Assembly: GCA_965206595.1 (NCBI GenBank)
Contig: OZ242214.1
Coordinates: forward strand, 6,912,001-6,976,000
Source: Candidatus Latescibacterota bacterium
GTDB lineage: Bacteria; Latescibacterota; UBA2968; UBA8231
DNA length: 64,000 nucleotides
Direction of reading: 5' to 3'
Positions 21,042-32,345 of the stretch are shown here, piece by piece; the stretch's first letter is position 1; every line of letters begins with the position of its first letter. Made by a program: the position numbers and the translations under genes. Below the pieces are notes generated by a model, which did no database searches, was not told where the DNA came from, and saw only the letters and a program-made list of their open reading frames with translations.

Positions 21042-23112
21042 TCCGTCTCCTTCCGATCGGTTGCGGCCTCGCCGTCCACCGGGGGCACCCGCCCGATGGC
21101 AAGGTCGAGCCGGGCCCGGCCGGCGAGCCGGTCGTGGGCGGCCCGGGCCATGTTGAACTCGCTCTGGCGCAGGGCGACCTCGGCGTCGGTCACCTCGAGC
21201 TGGCTGCCGAGACCCTCGCGGTAGCGGGCGCTGGCGATCTCGAACCCCCGCTGAGCCTGCGATACAGCGAGACGCTGGCCCTTCTCGCGCTGGGCGGCTT
21301 CGGCAAGCGCCGCCTCCAGGTCCTGGACCTGGACCGCGGCCTCGTCCCGGGCCATCTGCGCCCGGACCTGCGCCTGGCGCAGGGCGGCCTGCTTTTGATC
21401 GACGCGCGCGTCCCGCTGCAAGCCGGCAAACAGGGGCAGCTCCACGGACAGGCCGGCGATCTTGCTAATGGCGCGATTGTCGGCGCTGCCGAAGAAATCG
21501 AGCCTTCCGTTCTGCTGCGCCTGCACGTCCCACGTGGCGAACAGGGAGACCGTGGGCAGGTACTCCACCTGCTCGAGCCGCACCTGTTCCCGGCTCAGCT
21601 CGGCGGTCTGTTCGAACTGGCGCACGTCGGAGCGGTGAGCCAGCGCCGTCTGCACGAGATCCCCTGCCGGAAGCCCCGGGCCGGACTCCGCGGCGGTGAG
21701 GGTCGCGCTTTCGGACAACCGCAGCCGGCCGGGGTCGTCGAGGGCCAGCTCCAGGCCCAGCCGTCGTCGCGCCGAGGCCTTGGCGTTGCGGGTGAGCAGC
21801 AGCTGCGGCTCGAGGTTGGCCAGCTCGACCTCAAGGCGCAGCACGTCGTAATCGGAGGCAAGACCCGCCCGGGCGCGGCCGCGCGTCTCCTCGAGGGCCT
21901 GCCGCAGGCGCTCCAGGGACCGCTCGATGAGGCGCACCTCCTCGCCGCGCAGCAGCAGCTCGTAGCAGAGGAGGCGCACCCGCGTCGCCACCTGCTGGGA
22001 GCGGCCGCGGACCATCTCCTGCCGCAGCCGCCGGAAGTTGCCGGCGGCGCCGAGGCCGACGAGGCCTCTCGGGTCGAACAGGGCTGCCGCAGGGTGAGGG
22101 CGCTCTGCCAGCTGTTGTCGGCGCCGAACTCCAGGGACAGGAACTCCCCCGGCCGGGCCGCGGGATTGAAGATCCTCGCCGGCATGAAGAAGACGGGCGG
22201 CGAGATGTTGCGGACGTAGCTGGCGGAGAAGTCGAGGCGCGGAAAGATCTCCCCCCGGGCCTCGGAAACCTGCTCCTCGGCCTCGGTCAGGAGCAGCCGC
22301 GCCTCGGCCAGCTCGAGGCTGCGGTCCAGGGCGAGGTCCACCACCTCGTCGATGCTCAGGAGCAGCTCAGTGCCGGGCAGTGCGGTTTCCGCGGCCGCGG
22401 TCGCCCCGCCCCAGGCCAGCAGGATCCAGGCCAGCCCCGTCGCCGCACCAGTGCGCAGGCGACCCCTGCCACCGGATGCGGCGGCCGCCTCTGCCCTGGA
22501 GAGATCCTCGATGGCGCGGTCCATCTCCGTCTCGTAGGCAGGGGTGGCCATGCCGGTGATCGCCCGCCGGCTCGAGGCTCCGTAGTGGCGGCGGAACTCC
22601 TCGGGGTCCATGTGCAGGCAGCCGCGCAGGTAGATGGAGATCAGGCCGTGGGCGTGGGCCCACAGGGTGACGGACACGTCGTCGGGATCGAGGGGCTGGA
22701 AGAGGCCGGCGTCGATGCACTCGCGCACGCGGTCGTTGAAGAAGCGCCCGACGCTGGCGACCTGCTCCGTCACCTGCTCGGGGAACTCCTCCGCCCCGAG
22801 GGTGTGGGCGGGCGTGTAGAGCATCTCGTAGTACTTCGGCTGATCGAGGGCGAAGTCGAGGTAGGCCTGCCCCGCCAGGTACAGCCGCTCGGCGGGGGTA
22901 CGGCCGGAGAGGGCTCCGTAGAGCCGCTCGCTCAGCCGCCGGTAGGCTTCGGCGACGACATCGAGGAGCATCTCCTCGCGGCTGTTGTAGTGGCGGTAGA
23001 GGGCCGGCGCCGTAACCCCCAGATCGCGGGCAAGCCGGCGCATGGACACGGCTTCGGCGCCGCCCTCGAGGTAGAGCTCGCAGGCTCTCGTGAGAATATC
23101 GGTGCGGTCCAT
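21038..23112 (-). CDS. TetR regulator fused in frame to TolC-family outer membrane factor; TolC part frameshifted at ~22082
   Basis: TetR HTH (VSMRRLARDLGVTAPALYRHY) and WAHAHG reads without a stop into a hydrophobic segment and the TolC N-terminus; the TolC remainder (YREGLGSQLEVTDAE) is in ORF 21038-22015. Confidence 0.8.
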
Positions 23113-23114
23113 GA

Positions 23115-23149
23115 GTTAACGATGTTAACCGATGTTCCCGGTTTGTCAA
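23115..23149 (-). promoter_or_regulatory. Sigma70 promoter with overlapping palindromic operator for the tetR-tolC-MFP-RND operon
   Basis: Minus strand TTGACA-16 nt-TAACAT; palindrome GTTAAC-GAT-GTTAAC (23115-23129) covers the -10 element. Confidence 0.7.
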
Positions 23150-23267
23150 CAGGGACGGGGGAACATCCGGTGAACCCTGTTAGGGGGACGGCCGGAAGGG
23201 GGGCTCCGCTTCAGGAGCAATCGGCGGTGGGAAACTGAACTCCAGGTTGCGGGGCGGGCGCTCTGAA

Positions 23268-23585
23268 CTACGGGGGCTGAATTGAACTATGCCCGAATTG
23301 CCTGGCTCCGTGCGGTTTGGAGCCTCGTGCTCGTCTAGTCGCGGGCGCCGCCTCCGGACCGTGTTCCAACGCACGATAGGCGCGATACCAGGCCGACTGC
23401 CTCCGGGTGGCCCGGGTTGGGCCAACCAGCTTGTCCGCGCAACAGCGGGCGAGGGGGTGAAATAGAACGTAATAGGCAGTGCTGACGGCGCGACGCAGTT
23501 CGGCTTGCTTTGGTCGCCCTCGTCGCCCAGCCACCTTGCCGGCGGCCAAACTCCGGGCGATCCCAATCAAGTCGTCAGGCTTCAC
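23268..23585 (-). pseudogene. HEPN-like protein, C-terminally truncated
   Basis: LRRAVSTAYYVLFH and YRALEHG motifs, then divergence before any RxxxxH/Y motif. Confidence 0.65.
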
Positions 23586-23892
23586 GATACTTGCCGGCGA
23601 ACAGTTCTTCCCATTCGGATTTTTCCACGTACGAGATTCCGGGGACGCCGGGTACTCCCATCTCTGCCACCTCCTGCCAGACGCGAGCGGATAGGCCAAG
23701 AGTCCAACCGGGATCCAGGTTTTTCTGGTCGCCGTCGAATACGACGTAAATCTTCAGGTATTCGTCACCGTCGTGGTCGATTTCGGGTTCAACGATGATC
23801 GGATCGAACACGAACTCGTCCTGAAATCGCTCGGTCAGCAAGTTCTTGACGATGCCGGCAACTTTATCGGGAATGTCGGGGTTGATTGTCAT
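23575..23892 (-). CDS. Small acidic protein, putative MNT-like antitoxin partner of the HEPN gene
   Basis: DHDGDEYLKIYVVFD motif; overlaps the start of the HEPN gene. Confidence 0.55.
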   Translation of the reverse strand: MTINPDIPDKVAGIVKNLLTERFQDEFVFDPIIVEPEIDHDGDEYLKIYVVFDGDQKNLDPGWTLGLSARVWQEVAEMGVPGVPGISYVEKSEWEELFAGKYREA

Positions 23893-24169
23893 CGTACCGT
23901 CTCCTCACTCGCCCATTAGGGCAACCACAGGTTGGTCAGGCTCGGGGGCATGGGATTGACGGGTCGGGCCAAGCCCGTGGCCCAAATACCCTGTTGATGC
24001 AACTAACTATTCGGAGAATACTCCCGCAAGTGGCGCGACAGCTGTTTGAATGGGCGTTCATCTCCAGGTAATTACCTCGCCCGGCATGGCTTCGTTCACT
24101 GCCCGAGGCGATCAGACGGTCCGCCAGCCCGGTAAACCAGCCCCGCGCAACAATCAGGCGGGCTCCAAC

Positions 24170-24526
24170 TCAGGAATAGCCGCCGGCCATGATCCGGTCG
24201 AGATAGGCGTGCACCTGATCGGCCCTGCCTTCGCGCAGCAGCTGATCCGGGGTGGCGCCCCCAAAGCCGGGCAGCGGCTCGGAGCGGAACCAGGCGTAGG
24301 CGGCCAGCGGCGATCCGGCCGCGGTTTCAATGCGGTTCAGGATCTCCAGCATCTGGCGCAGACGGATCTGCGTTTTGCGGGCCCGGACCCGTGATGTGCG
24401 CGTCAATGCATCCTTTCCGAGCCCCAAGGTGCCGGCGATCTCCAACTTGGTGGTTCGCAGGGCTTCGGCGACGAGGGTCGGGGAAAACACCTGATCCTCG
24501 ACGAATTCATGGAATCGCATAGTCAT
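24170..24526 (-). CDS. Xre/MbcA/ParS-family antitoxin (DUF2384)
   Basis: AYAWFRSEPLPGFGGATPDQLLREGRADQV motif with an N-terminal HTH-like region. Confidence 0.85.
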   Translation of the reverse strand: MTMRFHEFVEDQVFSPTLVAEALRTTKLEIAGTLGLGKDALTRTSRVRARKTQIRLRQMLEILNRIETAAGSPLAAYAWFRSEPLPGFGGATPDQLLREGRADQVHAYLDRIMAGGYS

Positions 24527-24695
24527 ACCTCATCTATGGCGTAATACGGGGGATGAGTATGTCATACTGGAACGACAATTGACGCCTGCAGTGTTCTATG
24601 AGATATTTTCACATTATAGGTAAAAAAAGCGACAAAATGCCGTAACTGTACCCTGTTTACCACGACCAAACCACTTATTTACGTGAGCCGATGAT

Positions 24696-26021
24696 ATGAT
24701 AGTCAGTTTCTCGATTGAAAACTGGATGTCCTTTCGCAACCGGGTCACTTTGTCGATGGTGGCGAGCCGCGAGCGCCAGCATGGAGAGCGTGTGGCCCGG
24801 CTTGGGAAGTACCAGATGAGGCTCCTGCCGGCCGCCGTGGTGTATGGGGGAAACGCCTCGGGCAAGACCAATCTTTTCAAGGCGTTGGCCTTTGCCAGGA
24901 CCCAGGTTGTCAGGGGCACTCCCCCGGACACCCGGATCCCGGTCCGCCCCTTTTTATTGGATAAAGGGTTTACGAAGAAGCCATCCCGCTTTGAGTTCGA
25001 ACTTCTGATCGACGAGGTCATCTATGCTTTCAGCTTTGCGATGACCCGGGAAAAGGTGCTTGAAGAACGCCTGGTGCGGATTTCCAGCACCGGCGAACGG
25101 ACGCTATATGACCGGCGAAACGGGCAGATAACATTCGATAAATCCCTGGAAGAAGACCCCCATTTGGGATTCGCCTTTCAGGGAACTCGCGACAATCAGC
25201 TCTTCCTGACCAACTCCGTTTCGCAGAAGCTCAAGCAGTTCAGACCCATCCACGACTGGTTCAAAAACACGCTTCAGATGGTGGCCCCTGACGCACGATT
25301 CGGGGGTGGAGTGCTGTTTTTCGATGAAGATCATCCTCTCACCATGACCTTGAACGAGATGTTGGGTAATCTCGACACAGGCATTTCCCATCTTGGCAGC
25401 GAGCAGGTCCCGTCGGAGAACATTCAGGTCCCCGAGGCGCTGGAAGGCGAAATCCAGGAACAGTTAGGTGAGGGGCGCGCCGTACTTGCGGAAGACGAAG
25501 CCAATAACCAGTTCCTGATGACTCGCAAGGACGGTGAATTGGTAGTCAAGAAACGGGTCACCGTACATCGCATGACTGATGGTACGGAAGCGCGTTTCGA
25601 AGTATCCGAGGAGTCGGATGGTTCACAGCGTCTCATCGATCTCCTTCCCGCGTTTCTCGATCTCTCTTCCGACAATTCCAAGCGTGTCTACGTCATCGAC
25701 GAAGTTGACCGCAGCTTGCATACCCTGCTGACCCGGCGACTGCTCGAGGACTACCTGACCACCCGTAGCGGAGACACCAGAACGCAACTGCTCCTGACGA
25801 CGCATGACGTGCTGCTGATGGATCAACGATGGTTGCGCCGCGACGAAATGTGGGTCACGGAACGGGACGCGTCCGGTGCGTCGAGCCTGTTCTCGTTCAG
25901 CGAATACGGGGATGTCCGCTACGACAAGGATATTCGCAAGAGCTATCTGCAGGGACGATTGGGTGGTGTCCCTCGGATCGTATCGTCGGGATCAGGGTAT
26001 AGTGGCCCAAAAAAGGCGTAG
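24696..26021 (+). CDS. AAA_21 / RloA-like ABC ATPase
   Basis: [54 protein letters not shown] motifs. Confidence 0.9.
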   Translation: MIVSFSIENWMSFRNRVTLSMVASRERQHGERVARLGKYQMRLLPAAVVYGGNASGKTNLFKALAFARTQVVRGTPPDTRIPVRPFLLDKGFTKKPSRFEFELLIDEVIYAFSFAMTREKVLEERLVRISSTGERTLYDRRNGQITFDKSLEEDPHLGFAFQGTRDNQLFLTNSVSQKLKQFRPIHDWFKNTLQMVAPDARFGGGVLFFDEDHPLTMTLNEMLGNLDTGISHLGSEQVPSENIQVPEALEGEIQEQLGEGRAVLAEDEANNQFLMTRKDGELVVKKRVTVHRMTDGTEARFEVSEESDGSQRLIDLLPAFLDLSSDNSKRVYVIDEVDRSLHTLLTRRLLEDYLTTRSGDTRTQLLLTTHDVLLMDQRWLRRDEMWVTERDASGASSLFSFSEYGDVRYDKDIRKSYLQGRLGGVPRIVSSGSGYSGPKKA

Positions 26022-26595
26022 CTTTCGAAGACCCTACGGGCAGCGGCGGTATCGGAGGCTATTCGTAATCGCCGCGGAAGGAGAGAAGACAGAGCCCCGC
26101 TACTTCGCACTCTTCAACGATGCTTCGGTTATACATGTGCACTGCCTGAGATGGCGCGGAGACAATTCACCCGACCAGGTGTTGAGGCGCATGGAGCAAT
26201 ACCTCGAAGATGAGGAGATCAAAAAATCCGATGAAGCGTGGCTTGTGGTCGACAGGGATCAGTGGAGTGAACAACAGTTGGCTCGCCTCCACCGGTGGTC
26301 GCAAGGAGCCGACAACTACGGATTCGCCCTGAGCAATCCAAAGTTCGAGTATTGGCTTCTCCTTCATTTCGAAGATGGGAGAGGTGTTCGCACGTCAAGA
26401 GAGTGTTCCCACCGGCTCAGACGTCATCTTCCGGGCTACGACAAGGACGTTCATGGCCGAAAGTTTACAAAAGCGAATATTGAGCTTGCCGTACGCCGAG
26501 CACAGGAACGGGACAATCCACCATGTGTCGATTGGCCGCGTGAGCCGGGACGGACAACCGTTTACCGGCTTGTCAGGAAACTACTCGCGCAGTGA
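26002..26595 (+). CDS. rloB: RloB-like protein
   Basis: [30 protein letters not shown] motifs; overlaps the ATPase stop. Confidence 0.85.
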   Translation: MAQKRRSFRRPYGQRRYRRLFVIAAEGEKTEPRYFALFNDASVIHVHCLRWRGDNSPDQVLRRMEQYLEDEEIKKSDEAWLVVDRDQWSEQQLARLHRWSQGADNYGFALSNPKFEYWLLLHFEDGRGVRTSRECSHRLRRHLPGYDKDVHGRKFTKANIELAVRRAQERDNPPCVDWPREPGRTTVYRLVRKLLAQ

Positions 26596-26705
26596 GTGGA
26601 GTTACCCTTACTGCCTTGAGAGATGGCGGCTCCGGTCCCGTCGCCGAGGCCGAGGAGCGACGCCGCGCGAAAGCCGGGGGACTGCGTGACGGTCGGAGCA
26701 GGAAC

Positions 26706-27710
26706 GTGAAGACGGTTGCATTCTTCAACAACAAGGGAGGAGTAGGCAAGACCTCTCTCGTCTACCATCTGGCGTGGATGCTCGCCGAGCAGGGCCGCAG
26801 GGTCATTGCGGCCGACCTGGATCCTCAGGCCAATCTGAGCGGAATGTTCCTGACAGAAGAGACGTTGGAGGAGATGTCGAACGATCCGGCCAGGAAGACG
26901 ATCAACGACGACATCGCGCCGCTCTTCGACGGGACCGGAGACATCGCCTCGGCTCCCCACGTCGAAGAGATCAGCGAAAGAATCGGGCTGCTCACCGGCG
27001 ATCTCAGCCTGTCCAGACAGGAGGACGATCTTTCGAGTCAATGGCCCCTCTGCCTGGACGGAAATCCACGAGCCTTCCGCGTAACCACGGCGTTCGCCCG
27101 GCTCATTTGCCGCGCCGGAACAGGGTTCGACGCCGACCTCGCCCTTGTGGACGTGGGACCCAATCTGGGCGCCCTGAACCGGGCCTCTCTGGTGGCGTGC
27201 GACCACGTGATCGTTCCACTTGCGCCCGATCTGTTCTCCCTGCAGGGACTGCGCAACGTCGGGCCGACCCTGAGGATATGGCGGGAAGCCTGGTCCGAGC
27301 GGCGTGCAAAGAAGCCGGAAGACCTGGAGCTGGATCTGCCGCCAGGAGCGCGATGCAGCCGGCCGGCTACGTCATCGTGCGGCACTCGGTCAGGAACTAC
27401 CGGCCGGTCAAGACCTTCGCGCGGATTGAAGAGATCCCAGTATCGGCAATCCGTCGTGCCGGCGGGTGACTGCAGCGCTGACACCGCCTCCGTCGACCCC
27501 CACCTCCTCGCCCACCTGAAAGACTACCGCTCCCTGATGCCACTGGCTCAGGAGGCGAGCAAACCCATGTTCATGCTGAAACCGGCCGACGGAGCCATCG
27601 GCGGACAGCAGGCGGCAGTCCAGGATTGCTACCGCGAGTTCAGGGACCTGGCACTGAAGATCGAAGACCGCATCGGTGTGGCCGAGGACAGCGGACAGCC
27701 GAAATCGTAG
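26706..27710 (+). CDS. ParA/Soj-like ATPase with a locally frameshifted segment
   Basis: FFNNKGGVGKT, DLDPQANL, VDVGPNLGALNR motifs; GTG start at 26706. Confidence 0.85.
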   Translation: MKTVAFFNNKGGVGKTSLVYHLAWMLAEQGRRVIAADLDPQANLSGMFLTEETLEEMSNDPARKTINDDIAPLFDGTGDIASAPHVEEISERIGLLTGDLSLSRQEDDLSSQWPLCLDGNPRAFRVTTAFARLICRAGTGFDADLALVDVGPNLGALNRASLVACDHVIVPLAPDLFSLQGLRNVGPTLRIWREAWSERRAKKPEDLELDLPPGARCSRPATSSCGTRSGTTGRSRPSRGLKRSQYRQSVVPAGDCSADTASVDPHLLAHLKDYRSLMPLAQEASKPMFMLKPADGAIGGQQAAVQDCYREFRDLALKIEDRIGVAEDSGQPKS

Positions 27711-27827
27711 GGCACGGCTCGGCAGCCGGCGCACCATCCAAGGCTCGCCTCCCGGCCCCCGGAAGTTCCACACATAGTGAGAAGAGGAGATAGCACGTGG
27801 AGGCCAACAAACGAAAATATGCGGAGC

Positions 27828-28998
27828 TAGTGTTCTGTCGTGTAATTAACTGTACAAACAATTGAAGGTGCCGTAGGTTTCTCTTATCCCCTTTCTGAAA
27901 GGAGAGACCTATGGTGACGGGGCGTCCATTACCGCCGTTAGAGCTGAGTCCGTCGGACCGGGAACGATTGGAATCGATGGCCAAATCCCGGAGCCTTTCC
28001 CACGGGTTGGTGCGGCGAGCCGAGATTAGTCTGCTGGGCGCAGAAGGCTGGCCCAATGAAGCCGTCGCCGCCGCCGTGGGTGTGACGCGTGCTACGGTCG
28101 GCAAGTGGCGCCGGCGCTTTCTCGAAAACGGGCTCCAGGGCTTGCATGATGAGCTGCGCTCAGGGGCGCCACGATCGAGTACGGATGAACAGGTAGCCGA
28201 GGTGGTATACAAGACCCTGAAGACCAAGCCCAAAGACGAAACACAGTGGTCGGTGCGCTCCATGGGCGAAGAAACCGGCTTGACCAAGGACGCGGTTCAT
28301 CGCATTTGGCGCACGTATGGTTTGCAGCCCCATCGACACAAGCACTTCACGCTTTCCACCGATCCTTTCTTTGTCGACAAAGTACGGGATATCGTCGGCT
28401 TGTACCTGAATCCACCCGAGCACGCCCTGGTGCTGTGCGTCGACGAGAAGAGCCCGATCCAGGCGTTGGAACGAAGTCAGCCCATGCTGCCCCTGGGACT
28501 GGGATACGTGGAAGGGGTACCGCACGACTACAAGCGCCATGGCACCACCACCCTGTTCGCCGCACTGGACGTAGCCACCGGGGAAGTGATGACCCAGTGC
28601 AAGCCCCGTCATCGTCACCAGGAGTTCCTTCAGTTCCTGCGCCACATCGAGGCCCACGTCCCCGCTGACCTCGATATTCATCTCGTCGTCGACAACTACG
28701 CCACGCATAAGCAGGCCAAGGTCAAGCGATGGCTGGCACGGCGTCCCCGATTTCACGTTCACTACACCCCCACCTATGCTTCGTGGCTCAATCAGGTGGA
28801 GATCTGGTTCAATATCCTTACCCGCCAGGCGGTTCGGCGCGATTCGTTCCGCAAGGTGTCGGAGCTCATCGAGCGCATCGAACGCTACACGGCAAATGGA
28901 ACGCCAACGCACACCCTTTCGTGTGGACGGCTACGGCCGATTCCATCCTCGCGAAAATCAAGAGACTTTGCGAACGAATCTCTGCGACACAACATTGA
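27828..28998 (+). mobile_element. IS630-family element; transposase 27911-28998 frameshifted near 28890
   Basis: [34 protein letters not shown] motifs; ends TAGTGTTCTGTCG / CGACACAACA. Confidence 0.9.
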
Positions 28999-30767
28999 CT
29001 CCCTCGTAGAAACCCGGTTTCCGCGGGTAAGAATTGGCACCCAAAGCTAAAGTTTTCAACTATGAAACGAATCCGGAATGCGCTGCCATGAAGCTGCCTT
29101 CGGGCGCTATCGGCGCAGGGGCCCGATCCAAGACTTCAAGGGCCTTTTTCGGCGCCGAAAGGGACCTCCGTTCCCTTTTTCAGCCCATCGCCGGAACTAT
29201 GGCTTCGGGTTTGGGCGTAAGCGCCCGCACCATTCTCTTGATATTGCAGGCCAGCGCTTTGAGGTAGACGGCCAACTCCACGCGCCAACGCCCGCGCACG
29301 CGCAGGGCGCCCAGCCCGTGTCTTCGTTTCAGTTCCGAGACCGTGGCCTCGATGCCGGCGCGAATGCGATAGCGCTCCCGGAAGGCGCCGCTGGCGATGG
29401 CGCGACGGCGACGTTCGAGGTTGACGGCTTTCAGGTCCACGGTCACGGCGTAGCCGTCCCGGGTCCTGTTCCGTTTCACCGGACAGACGAAAAGCAGGGC
29501 GCAGGTCTCACAGCCCTCGCGCTCGAAGGTCAGGGCCACATGATGGGACTTCTTCTCACACGGCGTTTGCTCTCTAGCCAAGTGTCCGGCCGGGCAGATG
29601 GCCGGATCCCGGAGACGGGCCTCGACGAGGAAGTCGGCCTCGGTCACCGTATCGGGCCGCTCCTCGACGTCGACCTGGGGGCCTTTGACCGGGTTGACCA
29701 ACTCGGTGCCGAGGCGTTCGGCGTGGATGGCATGGTCGCCGGAGCCGAAGGCGGTGTCGGCGACCAGCTCGTCGGGTCGCTGCCCGCGCTCTTCGAGAGC
29801 CTCCAGCACCGGCATCGTCGCGTGCTCGTCACTGGCGCAGGCAGCGGTCACCGCTACGTGGGTGATCCTGTTCACGGTGTCGGTCTGGTCGTTGTCGGTC
29901 TTGCCGTCGTCGGTCTTGTCGTCGGCCTTGTCGTCGTCGGCCTCGACGCAGGTCTCGGCGATCTGCACCTCATACCCTTTGCCCTTGCGGCCGTGGTAGG
30001 TGGCCTCGGCATCATGAGGGCTTTGCAGCGAGTCGCTGCCGACGTGCTCAGGCGCCTTCAGCGCCACCGGCACGCCGCCTTCGCCGGCGTCGTCGTCCTC
30101 GGTCGAGGGGCGCTGCTTGTCCGCGACCACGTCGCACTGCTCCCACAGCAGGCGCTGCAACAGCGCCCAGGACTCCAAGCCCTCGGCCGCCGTGCCCGCA
30201 CACAGCTGATGGAGACGATACAAATCGCGGGCGCACACCGGCAACCGCCTCTTGCCCGTGCCGGAGGGCGCGTCCTGGTAGGCCGTGGCGCTGCCGTCCT
30301 CCTTCAGGTAGCGCTCGCGCAGGCGCTTCGACACCCGCCCGTACAGGCGCGGATGCTCCGCGGCCAGGGTCTTCAGAAAGTGACGGAGGGTCTCACAGAA
30401 CAGCCCCAGACGCGACAACACCGCGATGTTGCTGAGCACATGGGTGGAGTCCAGACGTTGCCGGGTGACCTTCGTACCCAGCGCTTGGAGAATGCCATCC
30501 GTAGTCGCCTCGAAGGCCTGCCGGCCGCGGTCATGGGCCAGCAAGCCAGCGCGGAAGTTGTGCAGCGTCAGGACGTTGTTAGTCCTCGTCTTCTGCGCCA
30601 GGTGGGCCTCGTCCGGGGTCAGCTCCAGGGCGTGCTGCCACAACAGGCTGAACTCCAGCTGCTCCAGCGCCTCGACGTCGGTCAGCGCAAACATCTCCTT
30701 GAGCAGAAGCACGCCCAAGACCGTCGCCACCGGCTGGTTGGGACGACCGTTGTCGTCGCAATACAAG
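28995..30767 (-). mobile_element. IS1182/IS5-like transposase (29180-30766), N-terminus removed
   Basis: NGRPN (DUF772-like), RLDSTHV, LQSPHDAEATY, YRIRAGIEATVSELKR motifs. Confidence 0.8.
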
Positions 30768-32345
30768 GGGTGTCTTAGCTGATTGTTACGGTTTCGGTGG
30801 TTGTTTTCAGGTTTTCTCGGTACTGCTGAAAGACCCGGTCAAGCGTTCCATTGTACAAGGCGCAGCGCAGGGCCAGAATGGCGTTGCTGTTTTCCTTATA
30901 CCACCAAGCGCCCGACCGTTTCAGACGAACATGGCCGATGAAGCGATGCGCCGATTCGATCGCCCCCGACCCGATCGGGTATCCCCCCTTGCGATGGCTG
31001 CCGAAATCGACTTGGTGCAGTCGCTTTTGCAGGTAGGTCAAGGCCGTGCCGATGGCCTCTCCGGCCTCTTCCGAGAGCGGCTGCATGCGCTGCAGCCCCC
31101 AGACCACGCCGGTGCCCTCGCCGCAGAACAGGCAAAGCCAAGGTCGCTTCCAGCCAATGGGCAGCACGCGCCGCATCGGCGCCGTATTGGGCCTCGGCCA
31201 CCGCGTGCAGGTAGCGGCTGCAATGGGAGTAGTCGAGGATCTGACGGGCGCCGGGGAACAGCTCTTCCACCCCCTTCCAGATCCACGGAGCGCCATCTCC
31301 GATGGCACACAAGCGCACCTGATCCTCCGGGATCAGCCCCGCCTCCTTGACCTGGCGCAAGGCCGCGCCGAAGGCCTGTTCGTTGCCCATCTGGTGCCAG
31401 GAGATCAGCTGCTCGATGCGCTCATCGTCTATCAGGTAGAAGCGAAAGCCCTTGGCTTCGTGGTATTCCCCCTGCCAACGCCTTCGCCGAGACCGGCTCT
31501 TCTTGCGTCCGGGACGGGTGCCTTTGGCGGTCTGGGGACGACGGGGCACGTCGGCCTTAGTCGATGGCCAACACCACGATGGGCCGCCACTTGCGACCGG
31601 CGGCGGCGTGCGCAATGCGATCCTGGATGTCGGCCGCGTCCGGACACACCTGCAGCACGTCCAACGACCCGGTCTGTTGCAGCACCTCGTGAATCACACA
31701 ATCGCTCATCGACGCGTCGGTGAGCTCGTCCAACAGTTCGGCGGCGCGCCGGTGGGGCATCTCCAGCCCCAGCTTGACCCCGGCCTGCTGCACGTCCCAC
31801 TGCTTGCGCTGCGCCGACAGACCGAGAGCTTCGTCCAGCGGATAGAACCCGTACTGACAGCCAACGCAGTAGAAATAGGGACGCTCCAAGGTCACCGGCC
31901 CGAGCAGCGTCTCCTGCGTGCGCGAGCGAGACGGGCGCGCTCGCAGCAGGCCTTTGCACTTGGGGCAGGCCGCCTCTTCCTGGGCCAGGAAATGGCCGTG
32001 GCGGCGTTCGACGAAGGCTTCCACCAAGGCCGCGGGGAGCCCGGAGCGCTCTTGAGACATCGCCGCGGTGATCTCCATCAACGTCGGCGCACAAGATCCG
32101 CGCGCGCTCATTTGCGCCTCCACCCGATCCAGCCATTGGTCCAAGGCTTCATGCGCCCGGCTTCGAAAGCGGTCCTGACTCTGCCGCTCCTGAAAAACTT
32201 CCAGAGAGAGAATCGCACTCATCGCTCCCCTTCTTTCTGAAATCAGGGGAGCGCGCCGCAGGGGATGCGGCAAAAGAAAGCAACTTACTGTAAAATATAC
32301 ACATACGCCACCTGAATTGCGCTATGACAATTACTTAAGACGCCC
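30768..32345 (-). mobile_element. ISKra4-family element with frameshifted transposase
   Basis: Terminal inverted repeats GGGTGTCTTAGCTGATTGTTAC / GGGCGTCTTAAGTAATTGTCAT; IGDGAPWIW, ILDYSH, PIGSGAIES, RLKRSGAWW motifs spread over three frames. Confidence 0.85.

Noticed and set aside
19918-21102. N-terminal extension making the RND ORF 1528 aa
   Set aside because: Off-frame read through the membrane fusion protein gene; the real start is ATG 19917.
4007-22083. Single-base frameshifts in the TlpA and TolC genes as programmed frameshifting
   Set aside because: They sit in 3-4 nt G/C runs with no slippery heptamer; sequencing error or decay is more likely.
23900-24169. Expected RES toxin downstream of the Xre/MbcA antitoxin
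   Set aside because: No ORF with RES motifs was found.
29078-30778. 566-aa plus-strand ORF
   Set aside because: Antisense shadow of the transposase.
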